From NCBI GenBank assembly GCA_963761305.1, contig CAVXGK010000001.1, positions 1,504,001-1,568,000 on the forward strand: a stretch of DNA of 64,000 nucleotides, read 5' to 3'. The stretch comes from an uncultured Gemmatimonadaceae bacterium. GTDB taxonomy: Bacteria > Gemmatimonadota > Gemmatimonadetes > Gemmatimonadales > Gemmatimonadaceae. Below the pieces are notes generated by a model that was given only the letters and a program-made list of their open reading frames with translations, searched no databases and had not been told where the DNA came from. A program made the translations under genes and the position numbers. Positions 48,595 through 60,623 of the stretch are shown here, piece by piece; the stretch's first letter is position 1, and every line of letters starts with the position of its first letter.

Positions 48595-51236
48595 GGACGC
48601 ACCGGCTCCGAGGGCGGATGCGGCGGACGATTCGCCGCCGCGGCCGTGGCCGACAACAGATTCACGAACAAGCGCGCCGCTCCCGGATTGCCGGCCGGCA
48701 GCTCGCGGAAGAACGCGAACGTCGTGTAGACGTACGTTCCCTTGCCCACCGCCGCGACGAGCACGGCGCCGTCCTGCGGCGGATCACCCTTGTCGTTCAT
48801 CGAGAACACGGTGCGATACGCGGGATCGAACGTGCGCGGCATGTACAGCGCGCGCTCTTGCACCCAGTTCGCAAAATCCTCCTGGCCGATCTTGTTCGGG
48901 CGCGAGAGCAACGGCGAACCGGGATCGAGAACGCGCACTTGCGCCGTCTCGTCGGTCACGCGATCGGTGGTGCGCGGCGCGGTGAGCGGGAACGGCAGAA
49001 TGCCGGGCCGGCCGTACGCGCCCTGACCGTACTGCGTGACGATCGTGCCGCCGTTGCGCGCGAACGCCATCAGTACGCCGTTGTTGGCGACGAGCGCGGG
49101 ATTCGCCTCGTACGCTCGCGGCCCGACGACGATCGCCGAGAATCCAGAGAGCTTGATCTGCGGCAGCGTGAGCGGGTCGAGTTCCGCCACCGGGATGCCC
49201 AACTCCTCGAGCATCGGCATCACGTTGTCGCCGACGCCCTTGATGTAGCCGACCTTGATGTTCGCATAGGTGACGTTCACCGCCTGCAGGGTCACCGTCG
49301 AGCTCCTGTAGAAGCGCAGCGGCCGGATGTGCGAGTACTCGACCGGCACGAAGCCGAGGGCGAACGTCCGCACCGCGTCGTTCTCGCGCAGGCTGGCGGT
49401 CGCCTTGATCTCGTGGCGTCCCGCCGCGAGCACGCCGCGCACTCGGAAATACAGATGCGCGTCGCCGAACGGTTCGAGCGACACGTGTCGCGTCGCCGTG
49501 TCGGCGTGGAGCCCTTCGGGCACCTGCAGCGCGACGTCCACCTGCCGCGGCACGCCGTCGGCCGAATGGACGTACACGAGCATCGTCCGGTCGAACGGCG
49601 CGCCGGCGCGCGCGTACTCGACTTCGTGTTGCAGGAGAACGGAAATCTCTGGCACGACGGCGATCGGCCGGCGCACTTCACCGCGCGCCGGATCGGCGAA
49701 CCGGTAGACGATCGGCCCGTCGCGCACCACCACCGGCACGTCGTCGATGCGCAGCCCGACCTCGGCGCCCGACTCGAGCCGCCGGTCCTCGCCTTCGATC
49801 ATCTCCGCGCGCGGCTGCACGAACATGTCGCCGGCGGGCTGCTTCCGAAGCCACCACGGCAGCGAGAGCACGATCGGCGCGCGATACGTGAGCTGCTCGA
49901 CCGCGCTGCTGTCCGGCGGAATCACGTGCGGCCGCCGCGACACCATGCCCAGCGCGTTGATGAAGGCGATGCGGCCGAGGTCGACGGTCGACTTGCCGCC
50001 GTTGTACACGCGCACGGTGACCGGCACCGTGTCGTTCTGCGCGATGAGATCGCGCGGCGCCGTGATGTCGATCGACACGCCGGCCGCGGTGAGCAGCGCG
50101 TGCGTCACGCGATCATTCGTCGTCGACAACGACGACCACAAGTCGCGCTCGGCGGCCGAACACGAATGATCGTCGACGCCTTCAGCCGGAGAAAATCCGC
50201 ACGCCCTTCCGCTCCACGCGCGTGTCACGAGTCGCTGGTACGTCGCGAGCGGCGCGACCATCGCCGACGGGTCGACCAGATTCTCGACGGCGCTCACGGC
50301 CGCTTTCGCGCCGCGCAGCGAATCGACCGCGCTGCGGATCGAATCGGCGAGCGGCACTGACTTGAAGCGCGACCACGTCGTGTCGATGCCGTCGAACAGC
50401 CCGGTCTCGGGCGCGTTCACGTCGGACACGCGCGAGACCTCGAGGCGCACGCCGCTGAACACGGGTCCCTTGCGCGGCAACGCGCCCTGTCCCTGCGAGC
50501 GGTGCTGCGAACGGCTTTCCGTGGCGATCTCGGAGTACGACTCGCCGAGCAGCGGCGAATACTCGCCGGCGTCGAAGGCGAGCGTCGAACCGGCGCCGTT
50601 GCGCCGCAGCCGGTAGAACTTGAGCGGCGCCCAGGCGTCGAGGCCGGACAGCCGATTCGGCGGAAAGCGAACCGTATCGGCGGCCGCGTCGAACGCCTCG
50701 CGCGAGACGACGCCCGAGTATTGATGATGCCCGTGTCCGTCGGCCGGCGTCCCCGACCACACGGAGATGATGACGTGCGGGCGGAACGCGCGAATCACCG
50801 ACACGACGTCGGAGAGAATCGAATCCTTCGGCCAGTGCTCGAGCGTTTCCTCGAGCGTCTTTGAAAATCCGAAGTCGTAGGCGCGCGTGAAGTATTGATG
50901 TCCGCCGTCGATGCGGCGCGCGGCCAGCAGCTCTTCGGTGCGGATCATCCCGAGCGCGGGACCGAGCTCGTTGCCGATGAGATTCTGGCCACCGTCGCCG
51001 CGCGTGAGCGACAGATACGCGACGTCGACGTGCCGCGCCTTGGCCAGCCACGCGATGAGCTGCGTGTCTTCGTCGTCGGGATGCGCGCCGATCATCAGCA
51101 CGCGCGCCGTCGTGCCGAGTCCGGCGATCTCCTCGCCGAGCGTCGCGGCGTCGGGGCGTTGCGCGAACGCGCTCGACGCCGGGATCCGCAGCGCCAGACA
51201 CATGCAGGAGACCAGCGCGAGCGTTCGTTTCATCAT
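48591..51236 (-). CDS. Secreted PIG-L/LmbE family deacetylase with C-terminal accessory domains
   Basis: Signal peptide; AHPDDED, TRGDGGQN, DFGFSK, GHGHH and SQHRSQGQG. Confidence 0.92.
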   Translation of the reverse strand: MMKRTLALVSCMCLALRIPASSAFAQRPDAATLGEEIAGLGTTARVLMIGAHPDDEDTQLIAWLAKARHVDVAYLSLTRGDGGQNLIGNELGPALGMIRTEELLAARRIDGGHQYFTRAYDFGFSKTLEETLEHWPKDSILSDVVSVIRAFRPHVIISVWSGTPADGHGHHQYSGVVSREAFDAAADTVRFPPNRLSGLDAWAPLKFYRLRRNGAGSTLAFDAGEYSPLLGESYSEIATESRSQHRSQGQGALPRKGPVFSGVRLEVSRVSDVNAPETGLFDGIDTTWSRFKSVPLADSIRSAVDSLRGAKAAVSAVENLVDPSAMVAPLATYQRLVTRAWSGRACGFSPAEGVDDHSCSAAERDLWSSLSTTNDRVTHALLTAAGVSIDITAPRDLIAQNDTVPVTVRVYNGGKSTVDLGRIAFINALGMVSRRPHVIPPDSSAVEQLTYRAPIVLSLPWWLRKQPAGDMFVQPRAEMIEGEDRRLESGAEVGLRIDDVPVVVRDGPIVYRFADPARGEVRRPIAVVPEISVLLQHEVEYARAGAPFDRTMLVYVHSADGVPRQVDVALQVPEGLHADTATRHVSLEPFGDAHLYFRVRGVLAAGRHEIKATASLRENDAVRTFALGFVPVEYSHIRPLRFYRSSTVTLQAVNVTYANIKVGYIKGVGDNVMPMLEELGIPVAELDPLTLPQIKLSGFSAIVVGPRAYEANPALVANNGVLMAFARNGGTIVTQYGQGAYGRPGILPFPLTAPRTTDRVTDETAQVRVLDPGSPLLSRPNKIGQEDFANWVQERALYMPRTFDPAYRTVFSMNDKGDPPQDGAVLVAAVGKGTYVYTTFAFFRELPAGNPGAARLFVNLLSATAAAANRPPHPPSEPVRP

Positions 51237-51258
51237 TCTGGAATCGGAAAAGCGCGCG

Positions 51259-54027
51259 CTATCGCGCGGCCGGCGTTTTGCGCCGGCCGGCCGGCGAATA
51301 GGTGAGCGCATCCTTGAGGATGCGCGTCTGCTCTTCGTCGTGCGCCGGCTTGTGTCCCTCGGCCGGGCTCGACCGCTCGGGTCGTCCGATGTAGCGCATC
51401 GTCGTCACGGTCCCGATCGACGCGCGCAGGCGCGGTTGCACGAACGTCCACGCTCCCATGTTCTTCGGCTCTTCCTGTGCCCACACGACTTCGTCCACGT
51501 TCGGGTATTGGTCCACGATGTCGCCGACCTCGCGCGGCCACGGCGCGATCTCTTCGATGCGGATGATCGCCACGTTCGACGGGTGCTCACCCGCGGCCAC
51601 CAGGTCGTAATACAGCTTTCCGGTACAGAAGACCAGACGCTGCACCGCATCCCGCTGCTGCGACGCGACCGGGTCGTCGATCACTCGGCGGAACGTGCCG
51701 CCGGCCAGGTCCTCGAGCTTGGAGAGCGCGGCGGTGAGGCGCAGCAACGACTTGGGCTGCATGAGCACGAGCGGCCGCCTGGGCCGCTTGAGCGCCTGGC
51801 GCCGCAGAATATGGAAGTACTGGGCGGGCGTCGACGGGTAGGCGACGACCATGTTTTCTTCGGCGTACAGCTGGAGGAACCGCTCGAGCCGCGCGCTCGA
51901 GTGCTCGGGGCCCTGTCCCTCGTACCCGTGCGGGAGGAGCAGCACGAGGCCCGACTCGTGGCGCCACTTGGCGCGCCCCGCCGAGATGAACTGGTCGAAG
52001 ATCGGCTGCCCGACGTTGGCGAAGTCGCCGTACTGCGCTTCCCACAGGACGAGCTCGTTCGGCGTCGCGATGCTGAAGCCGTACTCGAACCCGAGTACGG
52101 CGGTCTCCGACAGCGGGCTGTTATAGATCTCGAATTCGCCGCCGGCCTGCGGCAGGTGCGCGAGCGGTGTGAACGTCTCGCCGGTTTCCACGTCGTGCAG
52201 CACCGCCTGGCGATGCGAGAACGTTCCGCGCTCGGCGTCCTGGCCCGTGACGCGTACGCTCACGCCCTCGGTGAGCAGCGACGCGAACGCCAGTGCTTCG
52301 GCGTGGCCCCAGTCGATGCCGCCGCTGTTGATCGCGCCGCGGCGGCGCGGCACGGTGCGCTGCAGCGTCGGATGAAGCTTGAACGTCGACGGCCACGCCA
52401 ACAATTGCTCGTTGAGCGCGACGAGTCGCTCCGGGCGCACGGCCGTCGCGGCCTCGCGCGCGTTCGAGCGGGTCGCGTCGCCCTTCGCTGTTGCCGGGGG
52501 CGCCGCCGGCGCGGCCTCGTGCTTGAGGTCCTGATAGATCTGCTGCAGCCGAGCGCCGACCGCGGCGTCGGCGGCCTTGACGTCGTCCTCGGTCATCACG
52601 CGCTCGGCGACGAGCCGCGCGCCGTAGACTTCGCGCGCCGTGGGATGCGCCGACACGACCTTGTACATCATCGGCTGCGTGAACGCCGGCTGGTCCGCCT
52701 CGTTGTGTCCGTGGCGCCGGTAGCCGACGAGGTCGATCAGAAAATCCTTGTTGAACCGCTGGCGATACGCGATCGACAGGCGCACCGACTGGACGCACGC
52801 CTCGGCGTCGTCGGCGTTCACGTGCACGATCGGAATGTCGTAGCCCTTCGCCAGGTCGCTCGCGTAGTGCGTGGAGCGGCCGTCGATGGCGTCGGTCGTG
52901 AACCCGACCTGGTTGTTGACGATGATGTGCAGCGTGCCGCCCACGCGATACCCGCGCAGCAGCGACATGTTGATCGTCTCGGCGACGATTCCCTCGCCGC
53001 TGAACGACGCGTCGCCGTGGACGACGACCGGCAGCACCGACGACTCGGCGCGCGTGTTGGGCGCGGTGCCGTTCACGCGCTGGCGCGCCCGCGTCACGCC
53101 CTGTGCGACCGGATTCACCAGCTCGAGGTGGCTCGGGTTCGACATCAGCTCGACATCCACCAAGCCGCCGCCGGCGACGTCCACCTTGGCGGTTAAGCCC
53201 ATGTGGTACTTCACGTCGCCCGTGTCCGACTCGTTCGCCATCGGCACGGGACGGTCTTCGAATTCCTCGAACAGCAGGCGGTACGGCTTCCCCATCACGT
53301 GCGACATCACGTTCAGGCGTCCGCGGTGCGCCATGCCGATCACGACGTGCCGCGCACCGGCATCCACTCCGCGCGCGATGGCTTCGTCGAGCATGGGGAC
53401 GAGCGCGTCCACGCCCTCGATCGAGAAACGCTTCACGCTTACGTACGCGCGGCCGAGGAACCGCTCGAGCGCGTCGACGGCGGTGAGTCGTTCGAGCAGA
53501 GTCTTGCGCTCGTCGGCGTCGAGCGGTGCGGACGCCACGCCCGACTCGATCGTCGTGCGCAGCCACTCCCGCTCGGTCTCGTCGCTGACGTGGTCGAACT
53601 CGTAGCCCATCCCGCCGCAGTAGAGCTCGCGCAGGCGGCGCACGACGTCGGCCGCGGTTCCGCCGCCCCGGCCGAGCGCGCCGGCGGGAACGTCGGCCAG
53701 ATCGGCTTCCGAGATGCCGTGGAATTCTGGCTCGAGCTCAGCGGCGCCCGGAGGCGCAGTACCCAGCGGATCGATTTGGACGGCGAGATGTCCCAACCGC
53801 TCGATCGCGGCGACCAGACCTATCGCGCCGGCAGTCTTGCGGAGAATGCCGGCGTCGTACGTGCCGGAGGGGGAGCTCGGCGCGGCATCGGCGCGCCCCA
53901 GCGACTCAGCGAAACGAAAAAACTGGCGCCACGACTCATCGACCGACGACGCGTCGCGTCGATAGGCATCGTAGAGCTCGGCGATGTAGCCGTCGTTGAA
54001 CGCACTTGTAGTGGGAAGTCCAGACAT
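51259..54027 (-). CDS. sucA: 2-oxoglutarate dehydrogenase E1 component
   Basis: KRFSIEG, GMAHRGRLN, GDVKYH, NPSHLE, HGDASF, GHNEAD, WEAQYGDF and QEEPKNMG. Confidence 0.97.
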   Translation of the reverse strand: MSGLPTTSAFNDGYIAELYDAYRRDASSVDESWRQFFRFAESLGRADAAPSSPSGTYDAGILRKTAGAIGLVAAIERLGHLAVQIDPLGTAPPGAAELEPEFHGISEADLADVPAGALGRGGGTAADVVRRLRELYCGGMGYEFDHVSDETEREWLRTTIESGVASAPLDADERKTLLERLTAVDALERFLGRAYVSVKRFSIEGVDALVPMLDEAIARGVDAGARHVVIGMAHRGRLNVMSHVMGKPYRLLFEEFEDRPVPMANESDTGDVKYHMGLTAKVDVAGGGLVDVELMSNPSHLELVNPVAQGVTRARQRVNGTAPNTRAESSVLPVVVHGDASFSGEGIVAETINMSLLRGYRVGGTLHIIVNNQVGFTTDAIDGRSTHYASDLAKGYDIPIVHVNADDAEACVQSVRLSIAYRQRFNKDFLIDLVGYRRHGHNEADQPAFTQPMMYKVVSAHPTAREVYGARLVAERVMTEDDVKAADAAVGARLQQIYQDLKHEAAPAAPPATAKGDATRSNAREAATAVRPERLVALNEQLLAWPSTFKLHPTLQRTVPRRRGAINSGGIDWGHAEALAFASLLTEGVSVRVTGQDAERGTFSHRQAVLHDVETGETFTPLAHLPQAGGEFEIYNSPLSETAVLGFEYGFSIATPNELVLWEAQYGDFANVGQPIFDQFISAGRAKWRHESGLVLLLPHGYEGQGPEHSSARLERFLQLYAEENMVVAYPSTPAQYFHILRRQALKRPRRPLVLMQPKSLLRLTAALSKLEDLAGGTFRRVIDDPVASQQRDAVQRLVFCTGKLYYDLVAAGEHPSNVAIIRIEEIAPWPREVGDIVDQYPNVDEVVWAQEEPKNMGAWTFVQPRLRASIGTVTTMRYIGRPERSSPAEGHKPAHDEEQTRILKDALTYSPAGRRKTPAAR

Positions 54028-54085
54028 GATGTGTGAAAGTTAGCCGCGGCCCCCTAGTACGAGAGCGCCGCGAAAGCGCGCCGGA

Positions 54086-55495
<1,410 letters not shown>

Positions 55496-56037
55496 GGTAA
55501 CACGTTCGGCGGGTTGATACGGCCGCGCCGCTGCCGCACGGCGGAGAGCAGTCGCTGAGCGTCTTCGCGCTCGAGGGTTGGCAAATACAGGAATCCGGCG
55601 ACGCCGTTCGTGTCGAGCAGATGCGCATCGCCGGGGTGGCGCGTGAGGCTCACGGCGATCAGCGGAATGCCCGAACGCAACGGGTCGCTCTCCCAGCCGG
55701 CGAGCGGCGTGGCCGCCAGCAAATCGTAATCACAGATCACAGCGTCGAGATCGCTCGTCGCGACCAGAGTCATCGCTTGCTCCATGCCGACGCACGGAAC
55801 CGTTTCGGCGCCGAGGTCGTCAAAGTAGCGGCACAAATGCTCGGTCAAAAACGGATGTCTGGCGACGCACATCACACGCATGGGTCGAATATACCGAACG
55901 CGGCTCGCGCTCATCAGAGGGCATCGAAACACAACAGGTGCGTGATAGGTGTCACCGCATGAACCGCTCGCGATACCACGCCGAACAGCGTACTGTTCGA
56001 GCCGCCATGACCCTTCGTCCAACGAGCAAGGCCGCCG

Positions 56038-56853
56038 TTGCCGAGTAACCCGTTCGATCTCACGGGAAAAACCGCGCTCGTCACCGGCGGCTATGGCGTG
56101 CTGGGCGGCACGATCGCCACCGGACTCGTCGCGGCCGGCGCGCGCGTCGCGGTGCTCGGCCGCCGCCACGACCTCGCGGCCGCGAAGGCCGACGAGCTGC
56201 GACAAACGGGTGGCGACGCGATGCCCGTCGTCGCCGACGTGCTCGAGCGCGACGCGGTTGGCCTGGCGAGCGACGAAGTGCAGCGGGCGTGGGGGCGGAT
56301 CGACATCCTCGTCAACGCGGCCGGCGGCAACGTCGCGCGCGCACGCAACGATTCGCGCAGCATCTTCGAGGTGCCGATCGACGCGTTCGACGAAGTGTTG
56401 CGGTTGAACCTTCACGGAACCGTGATACCCTCGCTGGTCGTCGGCGAGGCGATGGCGCGCGTCGGTCGCGGATCGATCATCAACATCTCGTCGATGGCGG
56501 CGATTTCGGCGATCAGCGGCACGCTCGGATACTCGGTGGCCAAGTCGGGCGTCGACTCGTTCACGCGATGGTTGGCGATGGACCTCGCGCGCAAACATGG
56601 CGACGGCGTGCGCGTGAACGCGGTCGCGCCGGGTTTCTTTGTGTCGGCACAAAACCGCGCCGTGCTGGTGGACGACGCGGGCCAGCCGACGCTCCGCGCC
56701 CGCACCATCATCCAACGCACGCCGATGGGCCGTTTCGGCCGGCCCGATGAACTCGTGGGCGCGGTCCGGTGGTTGGCGAGCGACGCGGCTTCCTTTGTAA
56801 CGGGCGTCGTGATTCCCGTGGACGGAGGATTCAGTTCGTTCAGTGGGGTCTAG
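56038..56853 (+). CDS. SDR family oxidoreductase (D-mannonate oxidoreductase/fructuronate reductase-like)
   Basis: TGGYGVLG, VNAAGGN, YSVAK, VNAVAPGFF..QNR and TPMGRFG. TTG start. Confidence 0.85.
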   Translation: MPSNPFDLTGKTALVTGGYGVLGGTIATGLVAAGARVAVLGRRHDLAAAKADELRQTGGDAMPVVADVLERDAVGLASDEVQRAWGRIDILVNAAGGNVARARNDSRSIFEVPIDAFDEVLRLNLHGTVIPSLVVGEAMARVGRGSIINISSMAAISAISGTLGYSVAKSGVDSFTRWLAMDLARKHGDGVRVNAVAPGFFVSAQNRAVLVDDAGQPTLRARTIIQRTPMGRFGRPDELVGAVRWLASDAASFVTGVVIPVDGGFSSFSGV

Positions 56854-56966
56854 TCGGGCCACTCGTGCCGCTCATATCGATGGGGCACTTCGACTTGCTG
56901 TCACCGGCGCCCCGTTCGCGGTTCGTCCGCTCGCCATCGTCGGTCGCGCAAAACGATGACGAATGC

Positions 56967-57021
56967 TTGACAGACCGCGGTGAGAGCGGCCAACATAGCA
57001 GAGATAAGGTCAATTGATCTT
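56967..57021 (+). promoter_or_regulatory. Candidate sigma70 promoter and palindromic operator for the sugar operon
   Basis: TTGACA at 56967-72, weak -10 CAACAT at 56991-96, and imperfect palindrome AAGGTCAATTGATCTT at 57006-21. Confidence 0.4.
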
Positions 57022-57071
57022 TCGCTAAACCTTCAGGCGAGAGGCATTCCATTGCTCGCCCGCGCCGCCGC

Positions 57072-58316
57072 ATGAAGATCATCGACGTCCGGACTACGCC
57101 GGTCAGTGTCCCCCTGGCCGCGCCCCTTCGCCACGCGAACGGGTGCCACTGGGGTCGCTTCGTGCGCACCATCGTCGAGGTAGAAACCGACGACGGTCTC
57201 ATCGGGCTGGGCGAGATGGGCGGCGGCGGCGAAAGCGCGTCGGCGGCCTTCGCGGCGCTCAAGCCCTACGTCATCGGACACGATCCCGCAAAGCTCGAAG
57301 AGCTTCGCTTCAAGATCTCGAACCCCACGGCGTCGCTCTACAACCATCGCACGCAGATGGTCGCGGCGCTCGAGTTCGCGTGCCTCGACATTCTCGGCCA
57401 GGCGTGGGGCGTCCCGGTCTCGGAAATTCTCGGCGGCCGGCTGCGCGATCGCGTGCCGTTCGCGTCGTACCTCTTTTTTCGCTACCCAAGCTCGGCAGAC
57501 GGATCGGGCGAGGTGCGCACGTGCGAGCAGCTCGTCGCCGAAGCCAAGGCGCTCAAGGCGAAGCACGGCTTCACGACGCACAAGCTCAAGGGCGGCGTGT
57601 TCCGCCCGGAGTACGAGCTCGAATGCTACCGCGCGCTCGCCCACGAGCTGGCCGGCGATCGTTTTCGCTTCGACCCGAACGGCGTCTGGTCCACCGAACA
57701 GGCGATCTGGTTCGGCCGGCATATCGAGGATCTGAATAACGATTATCTCGAGGATCCGGTGTTCGGGCTTCACGGCATGCGGCGCGCGCGCGAAAAGCTG
57801 CGCCTGCCGCTGGCCACGAACACGGTCGTGGTGAACTTCGAGCAGCTCGCCGCCAACGTGCTCCAGACGGCGGTCGACGTCATTCTCCTCGACACGACGT
57901 TCTGGGGCGGCATCCGCTCCTGCGTGAAGGCCGCCGCCGTGTGCGACACGTTCCAGCTGGGCGTCGCGGTGCATTCGTCCGGCGAGTTGGGCATCCAGCT
58001 CGCCACCATGCTCCACCTCGGCGCGGTGATTCCGAACATCACCTTCGCGGCCGACGCGCACTACCACCATCTCGCCGACGACGTGATTCAAGGCGGGAAG
58101 ATGTCGTACTGCCGCGGCAGCATTCCGGTCCCGAAAGGCCCGGGCCTCGGCGTGAAGCTCGATCGCGACCGGCTCGGCATGTATCACGAGGCTTTCTGTC
58201 GGCTCGGCAACTATCCGTACGATCAGGATCCGCTGCGCCCGGGCTGGGCGCCGTTGGTGCCGAACACGGATTGGGCCGACCCTCTCGACGCGCGGGCCCC
58301 CCAGATTCCGTTCTGA
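57072..58316 (+). CDS. Enolase-superfamily sugar-acid dehydratase (glucarate dehydratase-related)
   Basis: KLKGGV, DPNG.W, LEDP, ATNT and VHS motifs of the GudD-like subgroup. Confidence 0.85.
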   Translation: MKIIDVRTTPVSVPLAAPLRHANGCHWGRFVRTIVEVETDDGLIGLGEMGGGGESASAAFAALKPYVIGHDPAKLEELRFKISNPTASLYNHRTQMVAALEFACLDILGQAWGVPVSEILGGRLRDRVPFASYLFFRYPSSADGSGEVRTCEQLVAEAKALKAKHGFTTHKLKGGVFRPEYELECYRALAHELAGDRFRFDPNGVWSTEQAIWFGRHIEDLNNDYLEDPVFGLHGMRRAREKLRLPLATNTVVVNFEQLAANVLQTAVDVILLDTTFWGGIRSCVKAAAVCDTFQLGVAVHSSGELGIQLATMLHLGAVIPNITFAADAHYHHLADDVIQGGKMSYCRGSIPVPKGPGLGVKLDRDRLGMYHEAFCRLGNYPYDQDPLRPGWAPLVPNTDWADPLDARAPQIPF

Positions 58317-58329
58317 GTCGAGCGCCTTC

Positions 58330-60579
58330 GTGCGACGAACTCCCGTGTCGCGTGGCGCCGCCGTTTGGCGGGCTGTGGCGTCGCTCGCGCTCGTCGCGTC
58401 GTCGGCCGCGGCGCAGCGCACACCGCCGTCCGAAGACGGGTACGACCTGTGGCTCCGCTATCGCCTCGTCGCCGACGCGCCGCGTCTCGCCGAGTATCGC
58501 GCTGCCATCAGCGCGATTTACATCGACGGCGACTCGCCGACGCTCCAGGCGGCGCGCGACGAGCTGACGCGAGGACTGACCGGTCTCCTCGGGCGCACGA
58601 TTCCCGTTTCGCAGGGAGTGACCGGCGACGGTGTCGTCATCGGCGGCACGCCGAGCAGCTCAGCGGTCGTGAAATCGATGGCGCTCGACGCCGCACTCCG
58701 GCCGCTGGGCGCCGAGGGATTTCTGTTGCGCGCCACGACCGTGCATGGAAAGCGCGCGATCGTGATCGCCGCGAACAGCGACGTGGGCGTTCTGTACGGA
58801 GCGTTCGCGTTGCTGGCGCGACTCCAGCAGTCGATGCCGGTCGCGCGGCTCGACGTGTCGAGCGCGCCGCGCATTCAGTTCCGTCTGATCGACCACTGGG
58901 ACAACCTCGATCGCAGCATCGAGCACGGCTACGGCGGACTATCGCTGTGGGAATGGGCCGCCCTCCCCGATTCGATCTCGCCGCGCTATCGCGATTATGC
59001 GCGCGCCGAAGCGTCAATCGGCGTCAACGGCGTTGCGCTCACGAACGTCAACGCGAACGCCAAGGCGTTGACGGCCGAATACCTGAAGAAAGTGGCGGCG
59101 CTCGCCGGCGTCTTTCGTCCGTACGGCATTCGCGTGTACCTCACGGCGCGCTTCAGCGCGCCGATCGAGATCGGTGGACTCAAGACGGCGGACCCTCTCG
59201 ATCCCGCGGTGCGCGCGTGGTGGAAGGCCAAGGCCGACGAGATCTACTCCGCGGTTCCCGACTTCGGCGGTTTCCTCGTCAAGGCGAACTCGGAAGGACA
59301 GCCGGGTCCGCAGGACTACGAGCGCTCGCACGCCGACGGCGCCAACATGCTCGCCGACGCGGTGGGTGCGCACGGCGGCATCGTCATCTGGCGCGCGTTC
59401 GTCTATAGCAACGAGGTGCCGACCGACCGCGTGAAACAGGCGTACGAGGAGTTCACGCCGCTCGACGGACAGTTCCGCGACAACGTGATGATTCAGGTGA
59501 AGAACGGCCCGCTCGACTTCCAACCGCGCGAACCGTTCTCACCGCTCTTCGGCGCGATGCCCAAAACGCCGCTCATTCTCGAATTCCAGATCACGAAAGA
59601 GTACCTCGGCGAGGACACCCATCTCGTATTCCTCGGCTCGCTGTTTTCTGAGGTACTATCGGCTGACACGTGGGTCCACGGCAAAGGCTCGACGGTCGCC
59701 AACGTGATCGACGGCTCGCTGCACGGTTATCAGCGCACGGGAATCGCCGGCGTCGCGAACACGGGTACGGATCGCAACTGGACCGGATCGCATTTCAACC
59801 AGGCGAACTGGTACGCGTTCGGCCGGCTCGCGTGGGATCCGAGCTTGAGGCCGGGGACGATCGCCGAAGAGTGGGCGCGCCGCACGTTCTCGAACGATCC
59901 GAAGGTCGTCGCGCCGATCGTGCACATGATGCTCGTGTCGCGCGAAGCCGTCGTGAACTACATGGAGCCGCTCGGGCTCGCACACATGATGGGCACGGAC
60001 CACCACTACGGTCCAGCGCCGTGGGCCCGTCTCGCTCGCGCGGACTGGATGCCCTCCTACTACCATCGTGCGGACAGCGTCGGCATCGGGTTCGAACGCT
60101 CGCCCAAGGGGAGCGACGCCGTCTCACAGTATGCGCAGCCGCTGCGCGAGCTTTTTGGCGTCCGTGCGCAAACACCGGACTCGCTGCTGCTCTGGTTCCA
60201 CCATGTCGGCTGGACGGAGCGCACGAAATCGGGACGCACGCTGTGGGAGGATCTCTTCTACCACTACGGCAAGGGAATCGACACCGTCCGCTCGATGCGT
60301 CGCACGTGGCAGTCGCTGGGGGGAAAGATCGACAGCGCTCGTTTTCACGACGTCGACGATTTCCTCGCGATCCAGGAGCACGAGGCCGTGTGGTGGCGCG
60401 ACGCCGTGCTCTCGTACTTCCAAACGTTCTCGAACCTACCAGTGCCGAATGGCTACACGCCGTTCGCGCATCCGCTCTCGTTCTACCGCGCGCTTCGCTG
60501 CCCGGCCGGTCCCCCCGGAGATGTTCGCGCCTTTACGGCACTCGATGCGCGCAAGCCGCGCTGCCCCGCCGTTTACTGA
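58330..60579 (+). CDS. aguA: Alpha-glucuronidase, glycoside hydrolase family 67, secreted
   Basis: EDGYDLWLRY, HWDNLDR, KANSEGQPGP, QVKNGPLDFQPREP and EFQITKEYLG. Confidence 0.95.
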   Translation: MRRTPVSRGAAVWRAVASLALVASSAAAQRTPPSEDGYDLWLRYRLVADAPRLAEYRAAISAIYIDGDSPTLQAARDELTRGLTGLLGRTIPVSQGVTGDGVVIGGTPSSSAVVKSMALDAALRPLGAEGFLLRATTVHGKRAIVIAANSDVGVLYGAFALLARLQQSMPVARLDVSSAPRIQFRLIDHWDNLDRSIEHGYGGLSLWEWAALPDSISPRYRDYARAEASIGVNGVALTNVNANAKALTAEYLKKVAALAGVFRPYGIRVYLTARFSAPIEIGGLKTADPLDPAVRAWWKAKADEIYSAVPDFGGFLVKANSEGQPGPQDYERSHADGANMLADAVGAHGGIVIWRAFVYSNEVPTDRVKQAYEEFTPLDGQFRDNVMIQVKNGPLDFQPREPFSPLFGAMPKTPLILEFQITKEYLGEDTHLVFLGSLFSEVLSADTWVHGKGSTVANVIDGSLHGYQRTGIAGVANTGTDRNWTGSHFNQANWYAFGRLAWDPSLRPGTIAEEWARRTFSNDPKVVAPIVHMMLVSREAVVNYMEPLGLAHMMGTDHHYGPAPWARLARADWMPSYYHRADSVGIGFERSPKGSDAVSQYAQPLRELFGVRAQTPDSLLLWFHHVGWTERTKSGRTLWEDLFYHYGKGIDTVRSMRRTWQSLGGKIDSARFHDVDDFLAIQEHEAVWWRDAVLSYFQTFSNLPVPNGYTPFAHPLSFYRALRCPAGPPGDVRAFTALDARKPRCPAVY

Positions 60580-60595
60580 TTTCTCTCGCTGTTTG

Positions 60596-60614
60596 ACCGG
60601 TCTACCGGTCCACC
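60596..60614 (-). repeat. Solo 19-bp copy of the cassette-1 right arm (ACCGGTCTACCGGTCCACC)
   Basis: Identical to 6965-6983, including the variant unit. Confidence 0.85.
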
Positions 60615-60623
60615 ATTTTTCTC

